Source: Phoronis australis (taxonomy: Eukaryota; Animalia; Phoronida). Taken from it: a stretch of 64,000 nt of DNA. The notes below the pieces were generated by a model that worked only from the letters and a program-made list of their open reading frames with translations, did no database searches and was not told the DNA's origin. The DNA lies in NCBI GenBank assembly GCA_002633005.1, contig NMRA01000148.1, positions 248,001 to 312,000 of the forward strand, written 5' to 3'. The position numbers were made by a program, and so were the translations under genes. Positions 1 through 13,800 of this stretch are shown here, piece after piece (position 1 is the stretch's first letter; each line of letters opens with the position of its first letter).

Positions 1-3000
1 AAAAGTAGGTTTAATTAACTTATCTCTCTGTATTGTCATACCTAATCCACCTTGAACAAATTGCATTTGGCTGAGACTAATTCTCATGCAGTCATGGGGC
101 CATAGCCAAATTATTCTCAGTTGAAGTTGTAAAATATATGAACATGGCAATTTGATAAGTTACACCATAATCATTAAGTGATCTTTAATATTTTCTCTTC
201 TTTCTTTTGTTTAAGCATAAGCAACAATATCATTCCTTCCATAGGTTGACCTACTTGAATAGCAAAGTCATGCTATAAACTCAATACAACTGTGGGTGTA
301 TCTTTTTATTGAAAGGCAGTTTTGAAATCTGGCAATGTCATCCATGCTAAGTGGTTGTTTTGTTGTTTACAGGCATGCTCTAATGCAAGCTAAGTATTGC
401 AGTTTGTTCCACCAGTTTGTTTACAAAAGTCGCACATGGACATTCCAGCTTAGACACCTAACCACCTCACACCTGAGTGTGTGGTAGGCCTCTCATGGGG
501 GTTCACTGGCAATGGAATTGCAGTCTTACGTTCATAAACAGCTGTGTACATGTTTGGCATATGGTTTGTTTGATGTACCATGAGTAATTTTCTTATGGCC
601 TGCTAATTAGTGGTTATACATTCAGGTAAATATTAAATACAAGAAAATCTTTCCATGGTGAGTCATCTGCATGGAAGTGTTGTCATCAATAGGAATTTCA
701 TAAATCATAGTCTTTATCTCACATCTGTGCTTTTCTGAAAAAGTGTTGTGTTTTGCAATTTGATGACATCGGTATTTTATACGCTTTGTAATTTTTAGGA
801 AAACTATATTACCTAAGGATTTTCAAGCACAAACAGGAACATTCTATGGAAATGAAACCCATTATAATTTGGATACAGGTGAATTTCTGTTTTTGAGTGA
901 TTCACAGGTTTGGCTTGTGAACATGACTAGTGCACACATGCCTAAGTATAGTTGCCACAGCTATAAATAGTTGGTCGGAAATGGTTGAGTGTTGCATGAC
1001 TACTTGATAGTAGGAGGGCTGACTGTGTACATGGTGCTCCATTCTCACCTCATTTCCTTTTCATGTAGTGTGACAAATGTTCAAGAAAATTCGACCATCA
1101 TCTAGCCTAACTTCAGTTGGTGATGTTATTTCAGTGTCTTGAAGCTCAGGTTTGCTCAGCACTCAACAGTTAGTATTCCCAGAGGTTGTGGTCCTGTCTC
1201 TTCAAACACGTTCTCTGAGTCGCCGATTGTGACGACTTTGGTAAATATAGGTAGTTAAAGCGCAACACTATCTATGGGTCTCTAACTCAGACTTAGTTTG
1301 TAGTTTACACTTAGTTGGGTCCCGATTGGTTTTTTCTTCATACTAAGAACTACTATGGTGAGACAGGGCTCTAAAATTCTATACCTGTGTAGGTCCCTCG
1401 AAAAATGTATAAAAATTTGGCTAACTTCGCAACATCGTATCTCAGAAAGGGTTGCTCTGAATCATAAAGTTTCAGATACGGTTTGTACACTGTTCTCCAA
1501 AACGCAGTGTTAGGGATAGTTTTTAAAATGTGCCTTTTTTGCATGAGGGGCTGTAAAAATAGGACTTACATGATTTTCATGAAAAAATCTAGTTCATAAA
1601 GTGAAACAATATTTTAGTAAAATGTAACAATGTTTTTGAGATCTCTTCTTGAACATTTAAACAAAATAAAATTTGATCATGTTATTAATACCATTGTTTC
1701 GTTAATGTACCTTTTACGTTAAATTTTCGTATAAAGACTGGGTCGGTTAATGCAATTAATGGCAAAATGGTAAAAAGTCAAAAATCAAATTGTACAAACT
1801 TTCTACTTTCACCACATAAATACTTTTGTAGAGTTAAAATTTGTAGTTTTGCAGATATTTATCTTAATACAAAGATTTGTCAATAAGGTCCTACATAACT
1901 GGACCTTGCTAGTATTGCAACAGTAAGCAGAGTCTTGTTGCCCTTTGGTTCATGGTGCGGTGGTGTAACATTGAAAAAAAGCCATGTTGCCTTGATATTT
2001 TTAAAAACCTTTAAAATACATTTCACTTGTCAGACAAAAAAAAGTTTTTTAAAGATGGCATTGCATGCAGGTTGATTTCAATTCTTGTTTCAAAGAAAGA
2101 GACATTTTAAATGCTGACAATTTCAGTAGGAAATAGTTCTCGAATTCTGGCTGTGTTTTCAATTAAGAATAGCGTACTGATTGGGTGACATGTGTTTTGT
2201 GACTGGGTGACTATTTTCATTTCTAGACGGTCTTCAGATCTTCACGTGAAGGTGAATGATTGCATTTTTACCCTTTGTAAATGCCAAAGTGCTGTGTAGA
2301 GTTATCTGTCAGTGATTTTCAGATAGTAACTCAGTTCACTTTGGTTATAAAATTTAGTGCTTGACCTTGAGTAAACTTTTATCCATGACCAGTTCCTATG
2401 CCTTAATGTTAAATTAAAGGCTTTGACCCTTTGAACTTTTTTTCACCATGTGCTTAAAATGGTCACATTCCAAAATATCCCAACATCACACTTGATTCTG
2501 CAGTGTACCCACAATGCCAGACAGTCTGAAGGCACTTCTCTCACTGTTGTGATTATTATTTTAGATCAAATTGAGTTTGTCATAAGAAAATGTTTAGTCT
2601 ATCACTAGCATGGTTTGTACTGTGTAGATGTTGTGAAACAAATTTTGGTAAAGTTTCCACAATTTGTAGCAAAGTAATCAGCTTTTTAAAAATAGAAAAT
2701 GAAAATTTTGGCAATTAATTTTGTGCTAGTGGAGAATTATTATGGCGTCTCTGTCGATAATCTGAGTGGTTTTATCACTACACTTACCTTTATTGACAGA
2801 CCAACTACCGGTAATTCTACCGATAGAGTTCTCAATAGACTTACTAGCTCTATATCCGTGCTGCTCTTTTGCTGTCACCATATGAAATAAAGTTTTACTA
2901 AATGCTTGAAGTGAGCTGTATTGCTCGCAAGCTGAGTAGGATGCAGTTCCAGTCAGTTAATATTGGGTTACCCATTAAATCACAACATTTCTTGAAAGCT

Positions 3001-3451
3001 TAATTTTGTTCTGCAATGGAGAGGTCTTTTTGAATCAGAAGGGTACAAATTGAAATCATTACTCAATGGACTCCTAACCTGTTGCTGAGGCTCTTGCAAG
3101 CTCTTTGACTAAGATACATCAAATGGTCTATTTAATGTGTCAGACAATTTGTTGTTGAACAACACCCACACCTTTCCCCCACCATCTGGTAGTGTCATTA
3201 CATTTCCACCATTCACTTTTTTACCACCTTGATGCAAGCAGCAGCTCGGTGCTAGTTTGTCTTTCATTCAACCAACTGCATCCTTCTTAATTAGCTGATC
3301 TTCAGAAAGCCTGCGTTCTCTGTTTCAGGGTTTTGAAGTACGCGTTTCTGGATACCCTAGATGCTAGAAAATCATCACGGAAGACACACATCTGGTGTTA
3401 AAAAACGCTCACCTTCGCAGTCAGTGACCAGCGAGACAATCGTTTTTTACC

Positions 3452-4867
3452 ATGGAAAAGAACATGTCTGACTCATTCACGCGGACATCGTCTGAAGCCA
3501 CGTTGACTAGTAATGATCAGACAGTAAACAAGTGGGAGAGAAGTCAGTCAGAAATGAAGTTGTCCAAAGGCTCATCCATGGAAAAAATCGGAGGGAAGTC
3601 CGTAGCAGGCAATGTATCGGAGCATTCGTCTGTCTACTGGGACCTGTCGAAAGCAGTGGACGAACAGGCTGGAAGTAAGTCGAGCTCATCGGGAAAGGTG
3701 AAAATATCTCTACAGACAATAAAACAGAAAGAAGAGTTGAATCAGAGCTCAGCACCATCTACGGCACCGATACAGTCGCAGCGTAGGGGGAGCCTTGTAA
3801 AGGTCCAGCACTACTACACAAAGCGATCATCCAGTGAGACAATTTGCCCACCTGTTGTCACTTCGACGGCAACCCACTCTATATCGTCATCAAAACAGGT
3901 TGTCAACGACACGCCTTTGGAGCCGCCGCCTCTGACAAATGTGTGCCCTCTGCCACCTCAACCACCGACTCTGCATTCACAGCTTGAGGCAGGAACTAAG
4001 CTATTGAAGAAAAATATTGTTTTGTTGTCTATGGAGTCGGTGCCCATGCAATGTAGTGCCCTGCGTGAGATTCTCCAAGCCATTGAGGATGCTTGGGCCA
4101 CGCCACATTACGGTCGTGACTTGGCCACAGGTCTGTGCAAAGTACTTAATAATGAAGGTGGACTGGATATTATTATATGTAATTGTGGTTCTGTTACGTA
4201 CGATGTTCGTCTTGGGTCAGCACAAGTGCTCGAACAGAGCATGATTGTGGAGAACCGCGACAGTATTGTGGAAAAGGGGCTGGATATAGTTGTGACTATG
4301 TCACGAACGAACCAAAATGATCACCTCATGACAAAGGCCAGCACAGGTATACTGGAGAACTTGTTCAAACATTCGCAGCAGACGTGTGGTCGCGTGATAC
4401 ACCTAGGTGGTCTGCAAGTCATTCTGCAAGCGTGCCGCACATCGGATAAAACAACGTTGCGTCACTGCGCCAACGCACTCGCCAATCTCGCCATGTACGG
4501 TGGTCCTGAGAACCAACACGAGATGATTAAAAGCAACGCCGCCGACTGGCTGTTCCCATTAGCATTCTCCGATGACGACAGTATTCGGTACTATGCCTGC
4601 CTGGCCATCACAACTCTGTCAGCCAATAAGGAGATGGAGGCAGCTGTGGAAAAGTCTGGTACACTTGATCTGGTTGAGCCATTTGTTCTCACGCACTCGC
4701 CATCACAGTTTGCTAAGAGCGACAATGCACACATGCACGGACGAGCCAAGGACTGGCTTGAGCGGCTCGTCCCAGTACTCAGTAGCAAGAGGAAGGAGGC
4801 CCAGAGCCTGGCCGCATTCCACTTCGCCATGGAGGCAGGCATTAAGGCGGAGCAAGACCGTAAAGAG
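3452..4867 (+). CDS. SARM1: SARM1 coding exon 1: S/T/P-rich N-terminal extension plus most of the ARM domain
   Basis: 484-aa ORF. Acceptor tgtttcag at 3321-3328 with an in-frame TAG before ATG 3452. Donor GAG|gtacat at 4867/4868. Confidence 0.93.
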
Positions 4868-7800
4868 GTACATCCCGGTGGCATGGTGAGGGTTAACTTT
4901 TACTAATACTGCTTAATAGAATAACATAATGCTCACCAGTCATGGCAGAATTACAATAATTCTCCACTTCTTACGCATACTAACCACATTTAGCGCGACC
5001 AAAATTATTGCCTGGTTTTGCACAGGGTACTTGAGACTTAAGACTTAGAAATTTGAAGTTAAACGTATGAAGCGTGAGGTTGCTTCAGTGTTTTCTGTAG
5101 TACAAAAAACGTTTACTATTTTGAAAATATAGAGTGAAGATCCCTTTTGGAACCAAAGAACCGTACCTTGATGTGGTAGGTGTACAGCCGTTTCGTCCAT
5201 ATCTCGCAGACTTATTTACCACCGGGTGCGCAGGCTGGGACTTGATCTACCTGCAGTGCATTCAGATCTGTTACGGCATTCCCCCAGACAGTAGGGAATC
5301 CCTGGTACTGTTTTTGTTGTTTTATTCTACAACGACAGAGGGAGCACCCGGTGGTGAATCAAATCCGTGAGATATGGACGAAAGGAAGGTTCACTTACTA
5401 CATCAAGGTACAGTTCTTTGGTTCCAAAAGGGATCTTTACTCAACATTTTCATCACTTAAATGGAACCCAGTAATGTGCACAGTCTCATTTACTATTTTG
5501 GTTTGCTTAATGTATTTGAGTGTCATTTATTAGAAGCATAATAATTCAAACGCTGCCATTTTATTAATGACTTTTGAATGAGCTTTAAGTCCAGCGGAAG
5601 TTTTATTACTCCACTTGGCTATGGTTAATCAACCTCTTGAGTATTCTGCCATGACCCCTTGACTGCTTTCATTTACTAGCTCTTGCTAAAGGTGACAGTA
5701 AAATAACCATCTCATATTTAGGGATTCAGTAGATTGTGTCAGTTTTACTAATGCCAATGCCACTGCTAAATATTTTATGAGCCTCAAAAAGTTGCGGGTG
5801 TCAGAATTGTGGATTCTTATTGTTGACTTCAACACTTCATTGAATCCTGTCAGTATAACCAAATTGGTAAAACGGAAAATTTGGAAATATTATTCCACGT
5901 CTTTTTTGTACTTCGAACTTACCTCAAAAGATTTGAACTGTTTTGTTATCTGGTCCGCCATCTGCTGTATGATGAATGAATAGGGCCTCCGACCTGTGTC
6001 ATTACAGACTGAAGACTTCTTATCAGTGTAACTGATGGGTTTCATTTGTTATCGGCAGTCTCATTTCCAAATTTATGTACACAGTTTGAGTGGAAATTAA
6101 ATTTTCTTGGTTGTAACACTGCGACATGAGCAATTTTGGCATTCTTTGTATTTCTCTGAAGTATCGGACACATCGTTATGTATCAACAGAGTCAAAAATT
6201 CATATCCAAATTTTGGACGCTGGTAAATTTGCTGTCTTTTTTGTAATCCTTGAATTTGGAGCAGCCAATATCCCCTATTTCTAAAACTTGATGCAAGCTC
6301 CAACGTTCATGCAAAATAATAAAATTTTCCCGTTCCAAACTGGAAACTTTTTACTGCACTAGTTGCAAGTTAGCAGATACTGTGTAGAACTCAGATGTTT
6401 CATAATAGCACTGGTTACAAAATATGAGCTTATAATAGAACTGTTTAACTTTGGTGATGGATAAGTGCACTAATGTACTACTTAGGCACACTTTGCTTCT
6501 TGAACACTTGAACAACATATTTTGACCTATCTTCAGTTCAACTTAACTGCCATACTGTGTTCATTATGTCAAGCCAAAATCATAACCTCCAAACAGGAAA
6601 AATTGTGATTCTCATTGAAGCAGTCAATGAACTCCACTCAGTTCATGGTTTTATCATTTGTAATGAAGCATGCTAATTGTCTGTGTAAGAGAAACAAGCA
6701 AAGGATTACGCCCCAAAACACTAACAAAAACAATGATTTTGAAGGATGGCGCTGTACCCATAAGGTATTAAACAGCTGTTGTTCCTGTGTAAACCTCTGT
6801 AAAACAATTAATGGTCAAATCAACGTCAGTGATGAAAGCAGGCACAGTATTCTAAAAGTCTGAAGATGATAGCTCGAAATGTGTCAAGTGTTAAACACAA
6901 CTGATGTTAATGAAGGACTGTAATGCAAAATCACTGTTGCATTTGGTAATGGCTTAAGTTTGGCACTAGCTCACCTTACTGATATGCTTGAGGTAAGCAA
7001 GCCAAGTTGGTGTAATGTTCGACTAGAACATTTAGTAATCAGTATATCACTATGGAAGAGCAGTAACTAGTTGTTAGCCAAGTAGTTACTCAGGGACCTT
7101 GGTCATCTGAAGGGAAAGATACCTGTGCCTTCTGAGAGGGGATTTTTTCAGGCAAGGGGAAAATCCCACCGAGTCACTACCTATCCCCCCCTTTCCTTTT
7201 CACCATCAACTTCATTCCCGGCACTGCCCTCAAGTAGCCAAAACTAATGTTTCAGAGCATTCCCCCAAACACTGCTTAGAGCAGACCACCCATCAGACCA
7301 TGTGACTTTTTCGTGGATTTTTGAAATTGGTCTAGCCTAAGTTCAAGGGTGTCAGGTAGTGAGCCCAGGACTTCCATGAATGACTTTCTTTGCTCAAACC
7401 TTATGAGTCACAGGGCCTCTGCACCTCTGATAAACTAATCCAGGCTCTGTTCTCCACTTTGAGTATGCAAACACTAGAAAGGCATGACTGTAGTGAGGAT
7501 TTCCACAATCAATAAAACCTGAATACGACAGTCTGTGCTAGTTAAAAGTGGTTCTAACCTTGAGCTAGATTTTTATCCATCATTGGAGAGGAATTTTTGG
7601 TCCTGATGAATGTTTTCGTGTTACTTTAAGTATTTTTAGAGGGGAATGCGACGGATATTTGGCACAAAATCAAGGCATGGAAGGCACTGATTTAACACAA
7701 GCCTAGTGATAAAATTCATTGGATTTTGCCAAATTTGACTTTGAAACGTGAAGCATCAAAATACTTTTGAAGCAGAATCATAGTACTCGGATCTGATCTT

Positions 7801-10800
7801 GTGACGGCAGTCAAACAATTGATTTTGAATATAAACAAAATTAACACAAGTGGTAAAATTACCACCTGTACTGGCATTAATCTATAGTCATATAGGCAGC
7901 ATAGTCACCAGGTCATTGCAATACGCACTGAATGTCACGCTACTAATCCTATTGACATGTAGTCAACACAGACCTATCCATTAATTAGATCAGTGACTGC
8001 AGTCCAAAGATTGATGTATTTACATTTTGTTTAATGAGTATACTGAGCCCTGTGCATGTAAAGATATTGCAATGTTGTTCAGACATAATAGCAGTCACCC
8101 AACTTAATGAATATTTTGTGCTTTTCCATACAAAGTTGAGGAGATCTGAAATATTTGCTCTTATGCAGCAAGAATGGTCCAGTTTGACAGAAAGAATGCT
8201 CTGTTTACTGACAGAAAAAAATCCACAAAATCATTCCAACTGCAGTAGTGTCAGATTTATTAGGTAACGAAGGCAACAATTGTCACTCGCCCATTCCAAG
8301 AGGGACTCCTCTGAGAGGAGAGTCCCATAATATGTTAGGATACAGGAAAAGAGCGATAATTCATTCCAATTTAGGACTGATTTGGTTTCATTGCAGGATA
8401 GTGGTATCATTTTAAATTGTATACCACAGCTACCAACAGACAGTAGTTTGCAAAATCGTGGGGATTCGCAGCAATGATAGAAGCCTTTGAAAAACAAAAA
8501 AGATCAATTTCAGCATTTATGCTAGTCCAAGATTGGTGGGATGTTACCATTTTAGTATGATTTTCACTCCTTGACCAATAATTGCCCTAAAGAGCAAAAA
8601 GTGTGTAGCTATGTGCCAACTATTGAACCAACTGGTACATATGTAAGCCTGTTCAGTTATACCTATGTGCAGCTTGTAGCCTTTACCTTAGTTTATACCA
8701 GGCAAAAGTCTTACATTTTTTGGGTATTGATGTCCTAAATATTTTCTTCCTAACAGTTGAATTTCTACTACAACAATCCTTGAGACAGTAACCCTAAGGT
8801 TCACAGTTATGGGGTAATCAGTAAAAGGTGCCTCTGAGTTTAAACATGTAAAGAATTTTTATATGTGAAAAATATGTGGATGTCAAATTTTGTCAGGTTT
8901 TGTAGAAGTGCTTATGGTAAAATACCCATTTTCAAGTGCGTGGGTTTGGTAAATGCGTAAATCCAGCACAGAACTGCAGCTGTGTTTGAATATGGATAAA
9001 CGTTTATATATTTTATGGGTTTCACCTAAGTCAGTCCAGTTTGGCAATCAGTTAAATAGCACAAAACCAATGATTTAAACAAACATTAAATGTCCATATT
9101 TTGATATATTGCCATGGTTGACATGATAATATTTCCACAATTGTTACCAAAATGCTGATGTGATTTTGACATTTATGGCCTGATCTTGACATTTAAATTG
9201 TTAATTTATTGTTCAATTGCTCTTTATATGACCCGATAGTAGCATACTACAAATGATATGCAAATTCACTGCACAATGTTTGTAAATTTTTGCGTTCTCT
9301 CTGTATAAGCAGGTGTTTAAGGAGATAAATGCCATCAAACCACTGAAATCTCTAGCCGCGAGCCCCAACACACTTGCGGCCAAGTTTGCTGCCGAAGCTT
9401 TGAGAGTAATTGGCGAAGAAGTCCCCTACTGCCTAAGTCCACAGGTCCCCACGTGGACAGTCAAAGACGTTCAGCACTGGATTGAACAGGTTAGCGATAT
9501 AATAACCACTTCCCAGAATACCGTAGTGCCTTCTCTTATTCAGCAGTGTTTACCCACAATGCTGTGCATCAGTTGGACATTTGCCTCATAGTTGTACACT
9601 GTTGCTATGTGCTAATCACCATTTCATGTTAAAATAAGTAATCAGCAGTTTGATGCCAGTAAAATTTTACTGTTGCATGGCAAGTTCTGTACAATGCAGG
9701 TATCAACAACTTTGAAAAGCCAAGTGAGGCATTATAGATCGTTCTTCACTTGTCCAGCTCTGCTTAAATATGTGATGGCAACTTAGCTTTTAAAAACTAG
9801 GTCACTAATGCAATGGGTTTTTCTGCCTCGCAACTAAAGAGAGTTAATGTCGGGGTGTGGCAGTTGTTTTAGGTGAACGGCTGAATGTAAATATCTATAT
9901 TGCTTTTGTTTTGGGTTACATTAGGTGGTTAAAAATGTGAGTTGGGATCAAGATCAAGTATTTTTACATTCAGACAAGACATAATTGATCAGACAAAGTA
10001 CTGTTTCCTCATTATGACAATTTATTCTGTTCATAGCAGTATTACTAATGATAACTGTTGGGGTGGTAAAATTCTATTTACAGAATGACTTAGCCATCTT
10101 TCTGTTCACAGCAATATTACTAATGATAACTGTTGGGGTGGTAAAATTCTATTTACAGAATGACTTAGCCATCTTTCTGTTCATAGCAATATTACTAATG
10201 ATAACTGTTGGGGTGGCAAAATTCTATTTACAGAATGACTTAGCCATCTTACTAACTTTCCAGTTAAGTCATTCTCGTTCACCAGAGAACACCACTCAAG
10301 CGATGAATTTGTCTTCCGCCAAGCCATCTTGACGGGGAATACTGGGTCATTTTTTCTGAATTCTTCTGGCTTATACTGGAGCAGACTTAGAACATTTGTG
10401 GTCATTTTGCGTTTCTTCCAGATTGGTTTTGGTGAATATTCAAGTGCATTCTCTAAATACCAAGTGGACGGTGACCTTCTTCTCAGAATGACCGAACAGT
10501 CTCTAAACAACGACATTCAAATGACCAATGGAATCACTAGAATGAGGTGAGTGGTGTCATCTATGTTTTTGTGTTGCAGTGTAAAATACAAAACCAAATA
10601 TTTGCTTTTTAATGAGAGTTCTACTGATCATGTATGGTGAGCAACTGCTCTTATCCTTTGGCTCACGATTGACAAGTTTCTGTTGTTCCAACTTCCACAT
10701 AGTGGTGTTTCAGTTTTTCAACGGACGTCTTTCCTGTCTGTGTAGAGTTTGTAAAACTGTTCTTTTTGAGTGATTGTGATATGACAGCACCACTAGTGTC

Positions 10801-13800
10801 TTTGTGGCTGTTGAAGGTTGTCCGAGTTGGTTGAATTGTCTATACCAATCGCAGACATTAAGGTGCTTATACGAGGAAGCAGTGCGCCCTAGTGGATGAA
10901 GTGTCCACTTCCTTAACTCAGGATTGTGAGATCAAGTCCCACTAAGACACACTTCTAAACCCTTAAGTCAAGTTTCTAGCTCCTCAGCTCTGTTTTAACT
11001 ATACATCAAAAAGCATAAAAATGGTTCCAGGTGTGATCAGTGCACCTGCGCGGCCTGCACACAACGGGTACAATGTGTATCAGACCACCTGCAATTATTT
11101 TTTTAAGGTGCTTGCATGTGTCAGACTATTTTGGATCTGCATAGATTTAACAAGACAATAGTTAAACAGTATAAAAATTCCTAAAGAATGACAGTTTAGA
11201 CTGTAATGAGGCTTGTTTTTAATCACATTACATGATTTTTGCTGCAGGTTCATGAGAGAGCTCACATATCTAAAGCAGACAACAGACTACAAGTCATGTG
11301 ACCATACATCACTCAATGACTTCATCCGCTCAGTGAACAAAGACCTGACAAAGTACACTTACCAGATGTTACGTAGCGGGGTCGACAAAAACATGCTATC
11401 CCTTATCACCGAAGAGCACTTAAGAGTGGATTGTATGATTGATAATGGCGTTGATCGGCTGAAGATTCTTCAAGCAATAAGAGGTGTGTTTTTTATCCAT
11501 ACATGATTTTGACACATGGATCTTGATTGACGTTTTTCATCAAAATGATGATTACCTTTCTTCATAACCCAAAATCTGGACGCCATGTATTTTAGTGTTT
11601 CCACAATTCACTTTTCGGAATGTGTGTATATTTTTTGACTTCTCAGTTGAATCAAAGATGGTGACCTGTACTGTTCCATGCTTCTTAGAGTTTGCCGCTT
11701 TTAAGTTTCCTTGTTTTCTTAACTCAGTTTTGGCACGTGTGATCCTAGTATGTTGTATACGCCGTAAGATTTTCTGTGCTTTAACGACAAAATTACTTTT
11801 CGAGCATAGAGGAACACCTTTGAAGGCTGTAGATGTCTTTGAATCCTCGAACTCGTATATCAGCAGTCAACTTTTTTCAAAACGTCGCTTCGTGTGTCAA
11901 TGAAATTGAGAAGCGACCTTCGTTATTTTCAATATGTTCAGGTCAAATGGAAAGGTAGACAGGGTTATGGGGAAGTTGCCCATCTGTCAGCTACAGCAAA
12001 AAAACTTCCATGCTGTGCCACAAAAAGTTTTATGGTTCTTATTATAGCATTAGAGGGACAATTTTGGCATTCTGTTAAGTCAGTTGCTTTTGATGAGTGG
12101 TTAGAAAAACCAAAAAAATATATTAATAAATTGTCCAAAATATGACTTTCCCTACTTGGAATCAAAAATGCAGAAATCCTCCTGGTATGAAAGAACTCAG
12201 GGTTCTCTTTCGGAAACGTCCATTTTTTCCAAAATGATTTTGCGTCCACAAAAAGACCCCAGGGGGCTCTTTCGGAAAAAAATGTGTAGCACATTCATAA
12301 AACTTGTATTGCACCCTCATTCAGCAGTGGGGTTTAAAAGTACTGTAAGAGGGAGTAAATGACTGTAGTTGTTACAAAGAAATTCACCTCAGTGGTGTTG
12401 GCATTGGAGGCAGTGATTTGTCTCTTCAATCTAAAGATTTTAACTTTGGTTGACTTGAAATACTTTACCAGGTTTCACTTTATCGGCAGTTTGGCTACTT
12501 TAAGAGTTGTCCCGCTATGCCTCCGTTGTCGAGTCATTGATAGAACATGAATACAGTCTTTTAAGTGACCAGGATTGAGAAAACAAGGACATTTTGCCAC
12601 ATCTCCCATGATACCCTTGCGTCATGCCAAAAATGCAAAACAATCCGGAAAAGCTCCCGTGGGGGCTTTTTGGTCCTTAATTTTGAAAAAGCCTCCATGG
12701 GGATTTATGTTGGGGGCTCTTTTGGAAATCCCCGATATCCCAAGTCTGATTTTCATGATGGGACAATCAAATTTTTAGGTTGCAGTCATTGTTACATTTT
12801 CAATACTTTTACTAATAGTAAGTACTTGGGATATTTTTGTGTGCCACTTTCAAAAATATTGCTGAAAGACTGTTGATAATATACACTCTTGTGATTTACT
12901 GTTGACTTTTGGAAAACTTATAGCATCATTACACCTGTGTTATTGTTGTAAAATGGTTGCAAATTGTTCCCTAGTAAAGTTTGAGGTGATTTCAGGACTT
13001 CAAAAGAACTGACAGTTCATTAATTCTAGACCAGACTCACTGCATGACCTGAACCCACTGCATGACCTGAACCCTCTGCATGACCTGAACCCACTGCATG
13101 ACCTGAACCCTCTGCATGACCTGAACCCACTGCATGACCTGAAATGTTATGAATTTGGTTTAAAGAAATAATGAACTGCCACTCCTTCCCAAGCTCAGTG
13201 ATCACTTCTAAACTGAGTAAGAAACAAGATAAGAACAATTTTATCACTGTAAGTTACTTAAATTAAAACTTTTTTGACAGAAACCGGGGGGATTAATACC
13301 CTTTAAATGATTTTTAATAATACTTCTAAAACTTTATTACAGGAAATGCAGTGAAATGCAGCTCACTCCGAAGCTCAATAGACCTGACTGACTCTGAGCT
13401 GCCTAGAAGTATTGACTGTTTTATTAGTTACAGGAGGTCAAATGGCTCTCAACTTGCAAGGTCAGTATCTTCCAGGCAGTTTGTCAAACTGTCCCCATAA
13501 ATACCCAGCGTGCTCACTTTTATAGTAAAAAATGCTTACCTTAGAGTTTGGTCCTCTCTGCCATATTATATAACTGCTCTCGGTTCTTTCTTTATTTAGA
13601 TTGCAAATGGTTTCTGGGTTTGGGAAGTACTTCTCAGCAAACTTTGCGTATGTTGGCCAAATTTAGCACAGTAGCTCAATGTCTTATGACAAGATTTCAC
13701 CCTGTTTAGCTGGCTGAACAATAAAAATTGAATTGGGCATTTTTCTCTCATGAAATCAGTCTCGTAGTACTCCTTATCATGATAGGATTCTATATCTGTA

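Noticed and set aside
10048-10332. Repetitive hydrophobic ORF ([20 protein letters not shown] x3)
   Set aside because: Translation of the 75-bp intronic tandem repeat.
10875-10945. Degenerate tRNA-SINE head (gccctagtgg...gagatcaagtccc)
   Set aside because: A/B boxes too degenerate and no second copy in the window to support it.
13026-13247. [12 protein letters not shown] repeat ORF
   Set aside because: Translation of an 18-bp minisatellite, antisense within a SARM1 intron.
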